From positions 348,316,001-348,380,000 of the forward strand of contig OZ024741.1 of NCBI GenBank assembly GCA_964016885.1: DNA of 64,000 nt, in the 5' to 3' direction. This DNA comes from Eledone cirrhosa (lineage: Eukaryota). The notes under the pieces are model-generated. The model worked only from the letters and a program-made list of their open reading frames with translations. It was not told where the DNA came from and searched no databases. Position 1 is the stretch's first letter, and every line of letters begins with the position of its first letter. The position numbers and the translations under genes were made by a program. Shown in pieces: positions 48,201-61,682 of this stretch.

Positions 48201-48427
48201 CACTTCACACATCAAAATCGGTCCGATATTCTATATTTTCTCTTCTGTCCTGGTGTTCTTCAAAATCATGCTCTATTATATAACTAATTTTAAAATAAAC
48301 ACATTGAATCGCCTGGGTCTTGCACCATATCCTCATGATGAACGTAGGACATTAATTAAAATTATAAAATTTCCAATGCAACCTTCTGTTTTCATTTTAA
48401 CGAGTATACACGCGCACACACACACAC

Positions 48428-48797
<370 letters not shown>

Positions 48798-48817
48798 TAT
48801 ACATTTATATATATAAT

Positions 48818-49420
48818 CCCGGCCGTCCTATTGTGTCCCATTTTAACTGCCCTACCGACCTCACCTCTAAATCCACGACACCAATCATGTCATCAGACTT
48901 TTCAACTGCTTCTCCTCCTCTCCTTGCCCCTATCACATTTTTTCACACTACATCAACTCTCTCTACACTGTCGTCCCTTACGATGAAGGCCTCTACGCTT
49001 TCTGTTACATTTTGAACCTAGGCACTACACATTACCCTACCACATCCACTCTTCTCCGTTTTGTTCTCACCCTCAATAGGTTTTCCTTTTATGTAGAGTT
49101 TTACCAAGAGGGCTCTGCTGTAGCCATCGGAAACAGAATGGTCTCGAACTATGCCAACATGTTTGTTGGCTACACCGATTCCCAGTACACTGCACCCACC
49201 CCTGAGCTATACAGTCGTTTCATCGATCAACGACTGTATCGGCACCATCTATTTCACTCCGTCGACAGCTCGATGGGGTCCCTCCCTCGTTTTTGTCTTT
49301 TCATCCCGCTCTCAATTTCACCACCTCCCTATCCGAATCGAGGGTCCAATTTCTCGAAATATCCCTCTCATCGACCACACTCACTACACACTCTCTACTT
49401 CCATCTCTTATGGATGACCG
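48818..49420 (+). mobile_element. Penelope-like (Neptune-like) RT fragment
   Basis: ccc ggc cgt cct att gtg (PGRPIV); LLRFVLTLNRFSF..EFYQEGSAVAIGNRMVSNYANMFVG; INDCIG. Confidence 0.8.
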
Positions 49421-49880
49421 TCTCATTCAAATCAAATTACATGAGTATATATATTTCATTATATACGTATAAAACGTATATATATAAATATGTGCATACA
49501 TACACACACGCGCACTCTTACATAAAACATCTGCTTTATGAAAATACACATTTGATTAGGCCTTTGCTTATTATTATAGGAGGAAAAGAAACCCAATACA
49601 CACGCAGTAGTACCTATACACAAGCCTAAATAAGTATATATATAAATATATATTTAAAAGAATAGAGGTGTAACACACACGTTATGATATATTGGTAAAC
49701 GGAATAGAAAATGCTGACAAATTGTTCACAGTGAAAAATAGTTTAATTAGGAATAAGTGAGAATTAGTAATAGCATTGGTTAGTATTCAGTTTTGGTTTT
49801 TAGTTTTACCGGTTGCGCATTTCTAATGCTTTTCAAAAATAATTTTGAGATAGAGCGTCCGTGATGTTTGCTCTGATCTG

Positions 49881-49934
<54 letters not shown>

Positions 49935-50070
49935 TATATATATATATATATATAATTATATATATATATATATATATATATAATTATATATATATAATAT
50001 ATATTATATATATATATAATATATATATATATATATAATATATATATATATATAATATATAATATAATAT

Positions 50071-50140
<70 letters not shown>

Positions 50141-50245
50141 GTGTGTATGTGTGTGTCTATATATATATATATATATACAATTATTATCAAGCCCTCTTCA
50201 GATTTGGGTATTTGTATTATTATCATTAATATTACAGTATATAGA

Positions 50246-50432
50246 GGGCGGTGGATTGACAGTATCGGTAGAGGGTCGGAAGCCGTGCTTTGACGCATTG
50301 AGTTACGGCCCTTGACATTCTGAGTTCAAATCCCGCCGAGGTTAACTTGCCTTTCATCGTTACGGGGTCGATAAAATAAAGTACCAGTAATACACAGGAG
50401 TAATAACTGGCCTTGTGCCACAAGTAGAAACA
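50246..50432 (+). mobile_element. SINE S1, full length, with probable TSD
   Basis: A-box-like head and B box; attaatattacagtat (50225-50240) and attaatattatagtat (50433-50448). Confidence 0.88.
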
Positions 50433-50465
50433 ATTAATATTATAGTATTATTATATATATATATG

Positions 50466-50517
<52 letters not shown>

Positions 50518-50882
50518 CGTGTGTATATGTGTGTGTGTGTGTATGTGTGGTGTGGGTTTGGTCATATAAATGCTGATGACTCTCAAGAGCACTTGTATTG
50601 GCATACGGTTTTTCCTCGTCATTTTAAGGCTTGCTGATTGTTTACTTCTTGTCTGAACCCAGTATATGTCTCCCAGCGAATGATTGTGAGTGAGAAGGCG
50701 ACACAAAGGAAGAATCGACTCCTCTGTTGGACTGATACTGTTTTTATCGACTTCGGAAGTATGAAGGGCAAAGTTGACTACGTCAGGATTCGAACTCAGA
50801 GAGAAGAGAGTCGGAACGAATCCCATGAAACATTATTTTCGACTCTGGTAAATATATATGTATATATATATATATGTATATA

Positions 50883-51443
<561 letters not shown>

Positions 51444-51799
51444 ACATCTCAAGAAAAGTGTTTCTATCTCCTGCTTCGCTGGGTGATCATTTAAGAGGTC
51501 ATAGCAATTAGCCATCTGGGGCTGGTTATGATGATGTCCTCCTCAGAATACCTGCGGTTTATTCCTGTGTATTTTACAATAAAGTGTGTAGATATGGGTG
51601 TAGATCTGCTACTGATCTCAAGTCGCATAAAATAGTTCATAAGTAACATATTACATTCACGTCTGTCTAAAAGCCTTATGTGTGTCAAATCTTTAAGTAG
51701 TTATGCAGTAACGAGGCACTTGTGCAGAGTCATTCGTTTGCTCGGAGCTGTTCAACACAATTTTTGAGAATTGTCCTTCTTCGATAAAAAATGACTGTT

Positions 51800-51860
<61 letters not shown>

Positions 51861-52418
51861 AAATGGGGAGAAGAATACTGCAGGTTGCACATGGATAACA
51901 TGTTATAAAATGAGACCCTCATCAGTGATTTGCCAACGATCATAGATATTTCATTGCATTAAAAATCATATACCTCACGTTGGTGCAATAATAACTTAAT
52001 TAAGTTATTAGGACAATTAAAACGCGTAAAGCGAGTGAGACAAGTAACAACAAAGAGGAAAGCTAACCGTAGATAGGAAGGGCACAAGCTACATAGTTAT
52101 TCTGTCAGCATAAGCTGGGTGAATATATGAGTGCGTAGAAAAAAGACCTTTCGAGATGAATCCAAATGTAAGAAAGAAGGAATTTGTTTTCGTCGCGAAC
52201 GGGTGAAGTGAGAAGGGGAGAAACAGTGAGTGAGTGAGTGGAAGTGTGAGGAAGAGGTCAGTAGAGAGAAAGTGTTAACTGACATGACAGAGGGGGCGAA
52301 AGGAAGTAAGAGAAACAGAGAGAACTAGGGAGCAGTAAGAGAGAGAGAGAGATAAACAGAATCGCAGTTTAGGTAAATATATGTGAAAAAATGGGGAGAA
52401 GAATACTGCAGGTTGCAC

Positions 52419-52486
<68 letters not shown>

Positions 52487-52554
52487 CAAGGTCAATCAAA
52501 TAGAGAAAAAGTTTTAAAATAAATTAAAAATAATTCGCAGTACTTACTATATGT

Positions 52555-52636
52555 GCCTTTACCGCGGTTTCACGCTCCAGAATAAACGGAATATCAAACC
52601 GGATTTTCATTCAGAAGGGACCAATCTTCAGAAGGC
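52555..52636 (-). ncRNA. Type I hammerhead ribozyme with expanded stem II (family F6)
   Basis: GCCTT-CTGAAGA-t tggtcc...ggagcg t-GAAAC cgcg GTA-AAGGC. Confidence 0.75.
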
Positions 52637-52853
52637 TCTTCTCCCTCGGAGATTATAAAATTCCCGAGTTCAAATCACAAACTGACGCCATACAAATCCA
52701 TTCACAAATGGGAGCGGATGATGAAAGAAATAATTCTGTCTGGTGCCGTGTGCAAAGAGAAAAGGCAGGGTGAACAGGTCAATGTCCTGCCACTAGAAAT
52801 AGCAGCAGTCCAAATGGCCAAAATGTTATCTCTACCTTAGGGGGAGATCAGTA

Positions 52854-53349
52854 ATAATAAAATATGAATTCCTACGTGTAAAAAATACATATAGGGAAAC
52901 AAGCATTATCCAACCGTATGCCAATGTGGTTCTATGGCGGGTTAATAAATTAACAAGCCAGAACATATAAAATCAAGGTCTATCAAATAGAGAAAAAGTT
53001 TTAAAATAGATTTTAAAAAATTTGCAGTACTTACTATTTGTGCCTTTACCGCGGTTTCATGCTCCAGAATAAACGGAAGATCCAAGCGGATTTCCATTGA
53101 GAAGGGAGCAATGGAAATCCGCTTGGATTTTCCGTTTATTCTGGAGCATGAAACCGCTGTAAAGGCACATATAGTAAGTACTGCGAATTTTTTAAAATTT
53201 ATTTTAAAACTTTTATCTCTATTTGCTAGACCTTGATTTTATATGTTCTGGCTTGTTAATTTATTAACCCGCCATAGAACCACATTGGCATACGGTTGGA
53301 TAATCCTTGTTTCCCTATATGTATTTTTTACACGTAGGAATTGATACTT

Positions 53350-53356
<7 letters not shown>
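52854..53356. repeat. Long palindrome (about 245-bp arms, loop 53100-53108), family F6 fold-back
   Basis: Each arm carries the 3' half of the F6 HHR plus tail; a third copy lies at 52482-52636. Confidence 0.92.
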
Positions 53357-53386
<30 letters not shown>

Positions 53387-53533
53387 AATTAAAATACTAG
53401 AGTGCGTTGGAGTAAAACACACTCGTCGTATTATAGAAATGACAGTATAAGATATAGCTCAATGTAATACAACAGAGCCGAAACATTATAAAATTAAACA
53501 AAGAAGCCTTCAATACATCAAAAGTCTTTATTA

Positions 53534-53574
53534 GCCTACAATGTTTCGTCCCATTAATAAGGACTCATCAGGGC
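53534..53574 (-). ncRNA. Minimal type I hammerhead ribozyme (mirror copy)
   Basis: Reverse complement of 53827-53867. Confidence 0.82.
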
Positions 53575-53826
53575 AAGTAAATTGACAAGAAGCATTTAAC
53601 GGCCAGAACATTCCAAATCTCAGAAGAAAAGGGAATTCATATCCATGAAAGTTTAGGAAAATATCAAGGAAAAGCATGCTAAAGCTAAAAGTGTGCAGTT
53701 ACAAATATAGACTTTTCGCTTTAGCATACTTTTCCTTGATATTTTCCTAAACTTTCATGGATATGAATTCCCTATTCTTCTGAGTTTGGGATGTTCTGGC
53801 CGTTAATGCTTCTTGTCAATTTACTT

Positions 53827-53867
53827 GCCCTGATGAGTCCTTATTAATGGGACGAAACATTGTAGGC
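53827..53867 (+). ncRNA. Minimal type I hammerhead ribozyme
   Basis: GCC-CTGATGA-GTCC ttattaatg GGAC-GAAAC att GTA-GGC, then AATAAA at 53869. Confidence 0.85.
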
Positions 53868-53914
53868 TAATAAAGTCTTTTGATGTATTGAAGCCTTCTT
53901 TGTTTATTTTTATA

Positions 53915-53979
<65 letters not shown>

Positions 53980-53981
<2 letters not shown>

Positions 53982-54106
53982 ACCACAAACCCTCCATCTC
54001 AATTCTACTTTAGAAAAGCACAAGAACTACGAAACCGGTAAAGGGACCAAATAAATGTATTTAAATAAAAAAAGACTCCAGTTGCATTTTCGATTTCATC
54101 TGTTTT

Positions 54107-54110
<4 letters not shown>
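53980..54110 (+). mobile_element. Family F2 unit with a decayed variant HHR
   Basis: ctt-TAGAAAA-gcacaagaactac-GAAAC cg GTA-aag, then AATAAA. The 17250 copy has TTGAAAA on the minus strand. Confidence 0.55.
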
Positions 54111-54171
<61 letters not shown>

Positions 54172-54227
54172 TATTTATATATATATTTATATATATATAT
54201 ATATATATATAAAGAGAGAGAGAGAGG

Positions 54228-54270
<43 letters not shown>

Positions 54271-54854
54271 GGGGTGATTGAGAGAGATTGATAGATAGAT
54301 AGATAGATAGATAGATAGAGACATATATATATATACATATATTGTATATTTCCTCATTGTTTTGCAAGGGGGCAGATATACAAAAATAAGATGTCTTTTT
54401 ACGAGTTAAGGCATTTTCTTTATGGGCTTTGAAATATGGCATTGGTGGAGAAGAAAAAATTTCTCTTTTGACAATGTAACTTTATTACAGATAAACTACT
54501 AGACATAAGACATTGTGACATCATTCGTCAAGACAATGCATTGGATTTAGTCGGATTAGAGACAATGGGGAGATTTATACTCTCATCAAGTCAACGATAA
54601 TATATATTTCTACTGGACATCTTATCGGTGTTTTCTTGAAAGGATTGATAAACAAGGAAAACCACTTATACATTTTTAGTTTATCTGGCCACTCATTCAA
54701 AATTGGATTAAATAGAATTCATTTATCCACTTAGTTTGAGAATATAACTTAACTCTGCACTTATCTCGCAAATAAGTAAACGGCGATTCCCTACAACGCA
54801 CACAAACACATACATATACACACACACAATCACATTTGTATATACATATGTATA

Positions 54855-54897
<43 letters not shown>

Positions 54898-56169
54898 CTG
54901 GCTCTCACTTATGTTGTGGACTATAAAATCATAGTGAGCTTTAACATGTCATTTGCCTCTATATGGTTGTATTAACAACTCATCTAAATTTTTATCTATC
55001 TATTTATATATATATGTAAATAAAAAATATAAATGTTTATGTGTATTTGTGTGTGGGCGAGTATAATCTATACAGTGATATAATTTGGAAACACCGTATA
55101 TTTTTATGGCGACTGTACCGTACGATCAATACATTTTCGGCCATGAAACGTCAATTTTCGAATTGAGTTCTAATTTAGCCCAGAACCCATTTAACATTTT
55201 CTCTTAGTGGTCAATAATATCAGAGGCAATCGTTGCATTAATTTCCAATCAACGCATGTAACGATATTGATTTAATCGTCTATAACCTGTTAAATATTTG
55301 GAAACGATTCAAACTAGTTGTATGATGAAGAAAAAATGTATCTATTTTTCTATGTACAAATGATAATCGTTATTCTGTTATGCATATTTCTTTCAGTGTT
55401 AAATCAGGGAGATTATGACGACTCTTTAGCCTCTTTCATCGACAACGCAACTGATAGTGCGAAAGGACTATAATTGTCTAAAACCATAGATCTGACCCTA
55501 ACATCTGCAATATTTCGCAATCCAGCAATTGCACAATATTGGAAAGATGATTGTTTAAACAGGGCAGAACGTGTTAATGTGAAAGTTGATGTATTCTGGC
55601 GAATATCCCCTTGCTACTTTTAATGACCATGGCTAAAGAGCATTCACAGACGTTACTACCGGAGACTTGTCATAAATGAAGCCACATTTTGTATTTTGTT
55701 AATGCATCTAATACTGATGTGATAAAATGTACACATACCAACAGACATTTCCATATATACACATTTCTCTTACGATTGAAGATAGAAAGAGACGGAAAAA
55801 TTCAGCAATAAAATATTTTTCCATACTCGAGACGAATATAATAGAAATGTGTTTCGTTTTCGGTAGTATAAAAGGTGGAGACTTATAAGCATGTGAAACA
55901 AAACTTGTAAAACCTATAATCTTGTCATGCCAACTAACTTTTATGAGATCTGAACCTAGGAAATCACAATTCCCAAAACGAAAATACTTATGTACATATA
56001 AGTAGATTATATAGAGAAAGATTGATAATTGGTACGTCATGACGATCAGGACATACAAAGACATGCAAAGAGATTCTAAAATAATCCGGTATCTCCGAAC
56101 TTGACAAGCATGATAAGAAGATATTTGTCTATATTCAGCCAAATATATGTAAAATAATATTTGATATAT

Positions 56170-56698
56170 TAGAGTAGACTAGAGCAAATTCAAAATAAGG
56201 GGAATCATACAAATATAGAACTCGCTATCTTCAATTCGGTATATATGACAACCATTACATATGGTCATGAATTTTTAGAAATGACCGAAAGAATAAGATC
56301 ACGAATACAAAGGGTCGAAGTAGAGTTCCTCCGAAGGAACTTTGGAATAACGTTCCTCAATATATTGCATGGGTTCGGAGATCAGAAATTCATACCGGGT
56401 AGAGCCGCTTCCTCTACGAATTGAGAGATCACAATTCCGATACTATATTATAATGTCTCAGGAAACAATCGCTGGACAGATTTAAGGGGAAAATAAACCG
56501 TCAGGAGACCCAGGGTTAGAACCCCAGCAAGATTGTGTGATAACATCTATGAGCTTGGCTTGTCTTGGCTGGGGATTCAGCCGGATCAATTGGAGACAGT
56601 TGCTTCTGACAGCTCCCGTAGGAAGAAGCGTTGGAGGACAGTGCCCACATGTCTCTCTCAAGAAGAAGAAGAAGAAGAAGAAGAAGAAGAAGATGAGG
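56170..56698 (+). mobile_element. RTE-type LINE 3' end with (GAA)n tail
   Basis: TYGHEF..MTERIRSRIQRVEVEFLRR; shares gaattgagagatcacaa with about 7600; gaa tail. Confidence 0.7.
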
Positions 56699-56720
56699 AG
56701 GATATAGATATATATATATA

Positions 56721-56836
56721 TAGAAGTAGTAACACAACAGTTAGTTCACCGTACCGAGTAGAATTGTTTCACCTTATGCATAAGGTGAAACAATTGTTCT
56801 CGGTATGGTGAACTAACTGTTGGTTTACTACTTCTA
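56721..56836. repeat. 116-bp palindrome centred on a putative HHR stem II
   Basis: ...aattgtttc-accttatgcataaggt-GAAAC aatt GTT...; no CTGANGA present. Confidence 0.8.
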
Positions 56837-57403
56837 CCAAACTCGTCCCATGGACTGAGTGCTCTACCACTATAGATATAACCATCCAGTGTTCTACCTC
56901 TCTCAGTGTGTTTTTATCTATCGAATAGGTAAAAGAATGGATTAAATTTGGGTAGTTCGATTGAAATTAGATAAATTGGATATCTGTGCATATCTGTGAT
57001 TGTGTTTGTGTATGCGTTTTGCATCACTTTGTAAACAAGGAATAAGTAGAATAGTGAGATGGTTTATAAAACTCACATCTTTATATTCCTTATCACAAGA
57101 GATTATATTCATACGTTTCAGTATTCGACAGTGATCATATTTGGGCACCACTTATTTGGTTGATGTCTAGTTCTATTTTCATTCATCATAATCGTCGAAG
57201 AGTTAAGCTATGGTACATTAACACAGACGCAAGTCTAAATACATAGACCAATTTTATTTGTCGGTAGTTTAATGTTGTTTGTGTCTCCGGCTAGCTAGTG
57301 TGTTTTGTTCCGTTGTTTTAGATGTTATTGTAAGTTTGATCGCGTATCATCAATGAGTTCTGTGCTCAATTTTGAGAGAAATAGGAACATAAATGTTTGT
57401 CTA

Positions 57404-57563
57404 GGACGCCTTGCTTTGCAGTAAAGAGTTACGGCCTTTTATTGTCCGAGTTCAAATCCCGCCGAGGTTAACTTTGCCTTTCATACTTACGGGGTCGATA
57501 ACATAATGTACCAGTAATACACTGGATTAATTGCTGGCATTGTGCCAAAAGTAGAAACAATTA
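57404..57563 (+). mobile_element. SINE S1, 5'-truncated
   Basis: B box gagttcaaatccc plus core. Confidence 0.85.
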
Positions 57564-57789
57564 TAGATGTTGATATTTGGTATCGTTTAAACGTGATGCA
57601 AAACAGAGGAGATTCGACATGAGGGTTTCGAAACTCCGTACTATAAAATATATTTTATTTTGCCTGACGCATTCACTAAGTATTTCGATACATAATACAA
57701 CATTAAGTTGCTCATATATAAGTTAGTAATTATTTTAGTACGGTATTTATTAATTTTTTTTTTTTTAAACACTAGTCTTTATTGTGTTG

Positions 57790-58080
57790 TATCAGATGAA
57801 AGAATGGTATTTAACTAATGTATTGGTACGCGATGGGGCCCACCCACAGCCCCGGCGGACAGAATGGAGACGGCGTTTCCCAGGAGGACGGCAAGGGAGA
57901 CATGCTGGAAAAGCCACTCCAACTCGGGGGCTTACACCTGGGGCTGGCCAGCTCAGCGCATATAGTGGTGAGTAAGGAGTTAGGCCTGTGGCCGAGGACA
58001 CCAGAAGTCTCCACTGCCAGTGGAACGACCGCAAACCTGTCGGAGTATAAGTATGAAATCGCTAGATTTCGCATCTTGAC
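57790..58080 (-). mobile_element. CRE-like non-LTR retrotransposon, restriction-like endonuclease C-terminus
   Basis: FAVVPLAVETSGVLG, then after a frameshift LEWLFQHVSLAVLLGNAVSIL. Confidence 0.65.
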
Positions 58081-58108
58081 ACAGGTTTTACATTATTCAT
58101 CTCTCACT

Positions 58109-58226
<118 letters not shown>

Positions 58227-58228
58227 TA

Positions 58229-58330
58229 TATTGTTATACTTTGGGAGGGTCAGATAGGCTAAAACGAACTTTAATTCTAAACATAAAAAAGAAGATCTAT
58301 AGAGCATGACCCTCCCAAAGTATAACAATA
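58229..58330. repeat. About 100-bp unit with ~25-bp inverted termini
   Basis: tattgttatactttgggagggtca ... tgaccctcccaaagtataacaata; the same terminus ends the HHR-bearing units at about 41135 and 26372. Confidence 0.7.
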
Positions 58331-58413
58331 TCGGTTTCAACTCACGATTTCAGATAAAGAATCTTGCTAAACAAATTCAGAAACGAAATATATATGTATA
58401 TATAAATATATAT

Positions 58414-58597
58414 AATTGTTTCTACCTTTGGCACAAGGCCAGCAAATTACTCAGTACATTACTGGTACTTTATTTTATCGACCCCGTAAGGATGAAAGGC
58501 AAAGTCAACCTCGGCGGGATTTGAACTCAGACCGTAAAGGGACGTAACTATGCTGGAAATCATGGCGTCCTACCCTCTACCGATACTGCTAATCCAC
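58414..58597 (-). mobile_element. SINE S1
   Basis: Same core and B box. Confidence 0.85.
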
Positions 58598-58858
58598 AAG
58601 TATCGTAATAAAGGAGGAAGCAGAGAGGTACAGAGAGGTGCGATACAGATTACTAAATGCCAACAGCCTAAGCGTGGTGTGTTCAATGTTTGGGTTAGCA
58701 GTGTTAAATATTAGAGGAAGTTAATATTTAGCGTATAGTTTAAGCAGAACCGGAATAAGCAAATTAATGAATGAAGGTGTTACAAGCCGTTAAAAGAAGG
58801 TCTTTATAAATTCTCAACGGTATCTATACTTACTGATGTCATTATATAAACAATTATC

Positions 58859-58895
58859 TCTCTGAAGAGCACATGTGGGCGAAATATGTGTTAGA
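58859..58895 (+). ncRNA. Minimal hammerhead-like motif inside an inverted-tail unit (58765-58945)
   Basis: TCT-CTGAAGA-gcacatgtgggc-GAAA-tatgtg-TT-AGA; tail 58899-58945 is inverted at 58765-58808. Confidence 0.6.
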
Positions 58896-58951
58896 ACTAT
58901 ATAAAGAACTTGTTTTATTGGCTTGTAACTCCTCCATTCATTCATTTGCTT

Positions 58952-58984
<33 letters not shown>

Positions 58985-58991
<7 letters not shown>

Positions 58992-59142
58992 GTGAGGGTT
59001 TGTTTTTTTTACAAAATGAAAAATAACCGAGGTGTCCTACACGAGTGAAAGTATAAGGAAAAAAATGAAATCGGAAATGCAACTGGAGTCTTTTTTTAAA
59101 AAAAGACTCCAGTTGCATTTTCGATTTCATCTTTTTTTCCTT
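58985..59142. mobile_element. Family F2 tail-only fold-back
   Basis: Palindrome about 59056-59140 centred on tttttttaaaaaaa. Confidence 0.75.
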
Positions 59143-59950
59143 TTTTGTATATATATATATGTATATATAAAGAGAGAGAGAGAGATTTATATATATATAT
59201 ATATATATATATTGCCGCTGTGCTCAATTTCCGTCCCCAAAATGCAACTGGAAAATTCAACCTAAATATTTGCCCGTGGAGCCAATGGTATTAATTATAC
59301 GTTGAACTATGTATCTATGAGGAGAACTATTTACCCACAATCCAATGGAGGAGCCTATTTATTGTATTATAAACTAAATATTGTAGTCAATATGTTAAAC
59401 TTTACTAGACATTATTTACTGGTCGTGGAATTGATAATAGATTACTATAACAGCAATTCTACGTGAGTAATCAACGTAAATTCGCAGCTGTTGGCGGTAC
59501 TGTAAATGATTGCTACATAACTATTGTATTCTAACAGCAAATTCTTGTTGTCAGTGACTTAACCTTTTCTCAATCACATTTGATGACAGCACTGTTAATA
59601 TCCACTGCTCACTTTTATCTCTACTAAGTGTAAATTTCATTATTCTTCCAATAACTACATCAACTTCTCACATTCTCACTAGACTTTCATTAACTTAGCT
59701 TAGCTTAGCTAAGTTTAGCTAGTGGGGACGATTATTCTGACTTAGAAACCTGTCTGATGTCAGGTAACCCATTAAAAAGCGTTCATTGTTAAAACATGAA
59801 CAGTTTTCGATGCAATTACTCGCACCATTTGATAATTCCCATATACTATTGATGTTGTTTTCAGCGTGAAATAGATTTACATTTATACGGGTGTAAAGTG
59901 CACCTCTAGATTTTCCAATAAGACAAGGCAGATATATAAATTAAATCACA

Positions 59951-60121
59951 TTTTTTACAAGAGGTGGAATTTGCTTGTATATTTAACATTCAATCAGAGG
60001 AAATAGACAGAGAATTGCAAACTGTTTTTTACAAGAGATGGAATTTGCTTGTAGATTTAAATTACAATCAGAGGAAGTAGATAGAGAATTGCACACTGTG
60101 TTTTACAAGAGGTGGCAATTT
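59951..60121. repeat. About 75-bp tandem repeat, about 2.3 units
   Basis: ttttacaagaggtggaatttgcttgta...agagaattgca recurs. Confidence 0.8.
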
Positions 60122-60769
60122 CTCTCGATCTGCAGTAAACAGAAAATTCTTTTATTGCACTGTATTGTCACGAAATGTGTAACTTTCATATGTTTCCCGT
60201 GGAAATTTGAGGGTTGCCTAAATATAATTAGTATCAGTTAGATGTGAAATGTTGTTGTGATTAAGGTTTACAAGATGCCTAGCCCTTTCTCAGAAGAAAA
60301 TGTTTATATTAATTTCTAGATAAACAGAATTGCATGAAACGAATTGAAATAGTTATGTGAAATATACAGTCTCTCGCAATCTAATGAGGTAATATACGCT
60401 GTTCAACGTCTAGGGGGAATGGGTTGTTTAGGAATAGCTCCATTTGTGAACTTCCCCAGCAGCAAAGTGAACTATGCTAGATGATTCAAAGTAGAATTGT
60501 TGACTCCGTCGTGTATGTTAGGTCGAGAATGTTCCATCTTAATTTCCGAACACAAGAGACGATTTCGAATGAAATTAATTGAAAGAACGAAACGCACATA
60601 GGCGCAAACACAGACTCTGTGACCTGACTTGTTTCATAAAGTGACACCAATGTAACTCATGCAGGCCAAGAAAGAGGTTAAACTTGTTGATGATGATATA
60701 TATATATATATGAATAAATTGGAGTATGGAACATATATACACACACACACACCCGCACACACACACACC

Positions 60770-60890
<121 letters not shown>

Positions 60891-60927
60891 AGAGACATAG
60901 AGATAGAGTGAGAGAGAGAGAGATAGA

Positions 60928-60967
<40 letters not shown>

Positions 60968-61270
60968 AGAAAATGCTAATGGGATTTTCTCATAGAATAA
61001 CAGCAAAGCATTTATTTAAAAAATAGGTAATTCATCGCAACAGTTTCAGCCAATAGTTGTGTAAGCTTCTTCATGCTACAGTAAATATGATTTGAAAGTG
61101 TATATTTAAAAGTGTTTATTTTAAATGTGTATGTAAATAAGAAGACGGTGTAAGAGAACATAGTTTACATACATATAAAAAGTTCATAAATAAAAAAGAA
61201 ACAAGCAGGTCAGAAAGAGATAAATGAAAATGTTATATATTTATAGGCTAATACCCTCTTCTAATATATT

Positions 61271-61401
<131 letters not shown>

Positions 61402-61580
61402 CTCTAAAAAAAGTGTATCGACCTGCTGAATATTAGCCCATCAATGTAGTGTTAAATATTCCGAAACAATTGAAAGGTACAAGATATCGTTATTCGTACA
61501 ACAATTTAGAGGAACTGCAAAAAAACACAGTACCTATAGAACATATAATTACCTAGAACAATGAAATTTCTTCTAGCAAC

Positions 61581-61682
<102 letters not shown>

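Larger units (their letters stand above)
53485..53916. repeat. Long palindrome (about 205-bp arms) with an intact HHR in each arm
   Basis: Arms are reverse complements around a short spacer near 53693-53708. Confidence 0.92.

Noticed and set aside
50735-50800. Degenerate S1 SINE core
   Set aside because: Likely real but too diverged and short to delimit.
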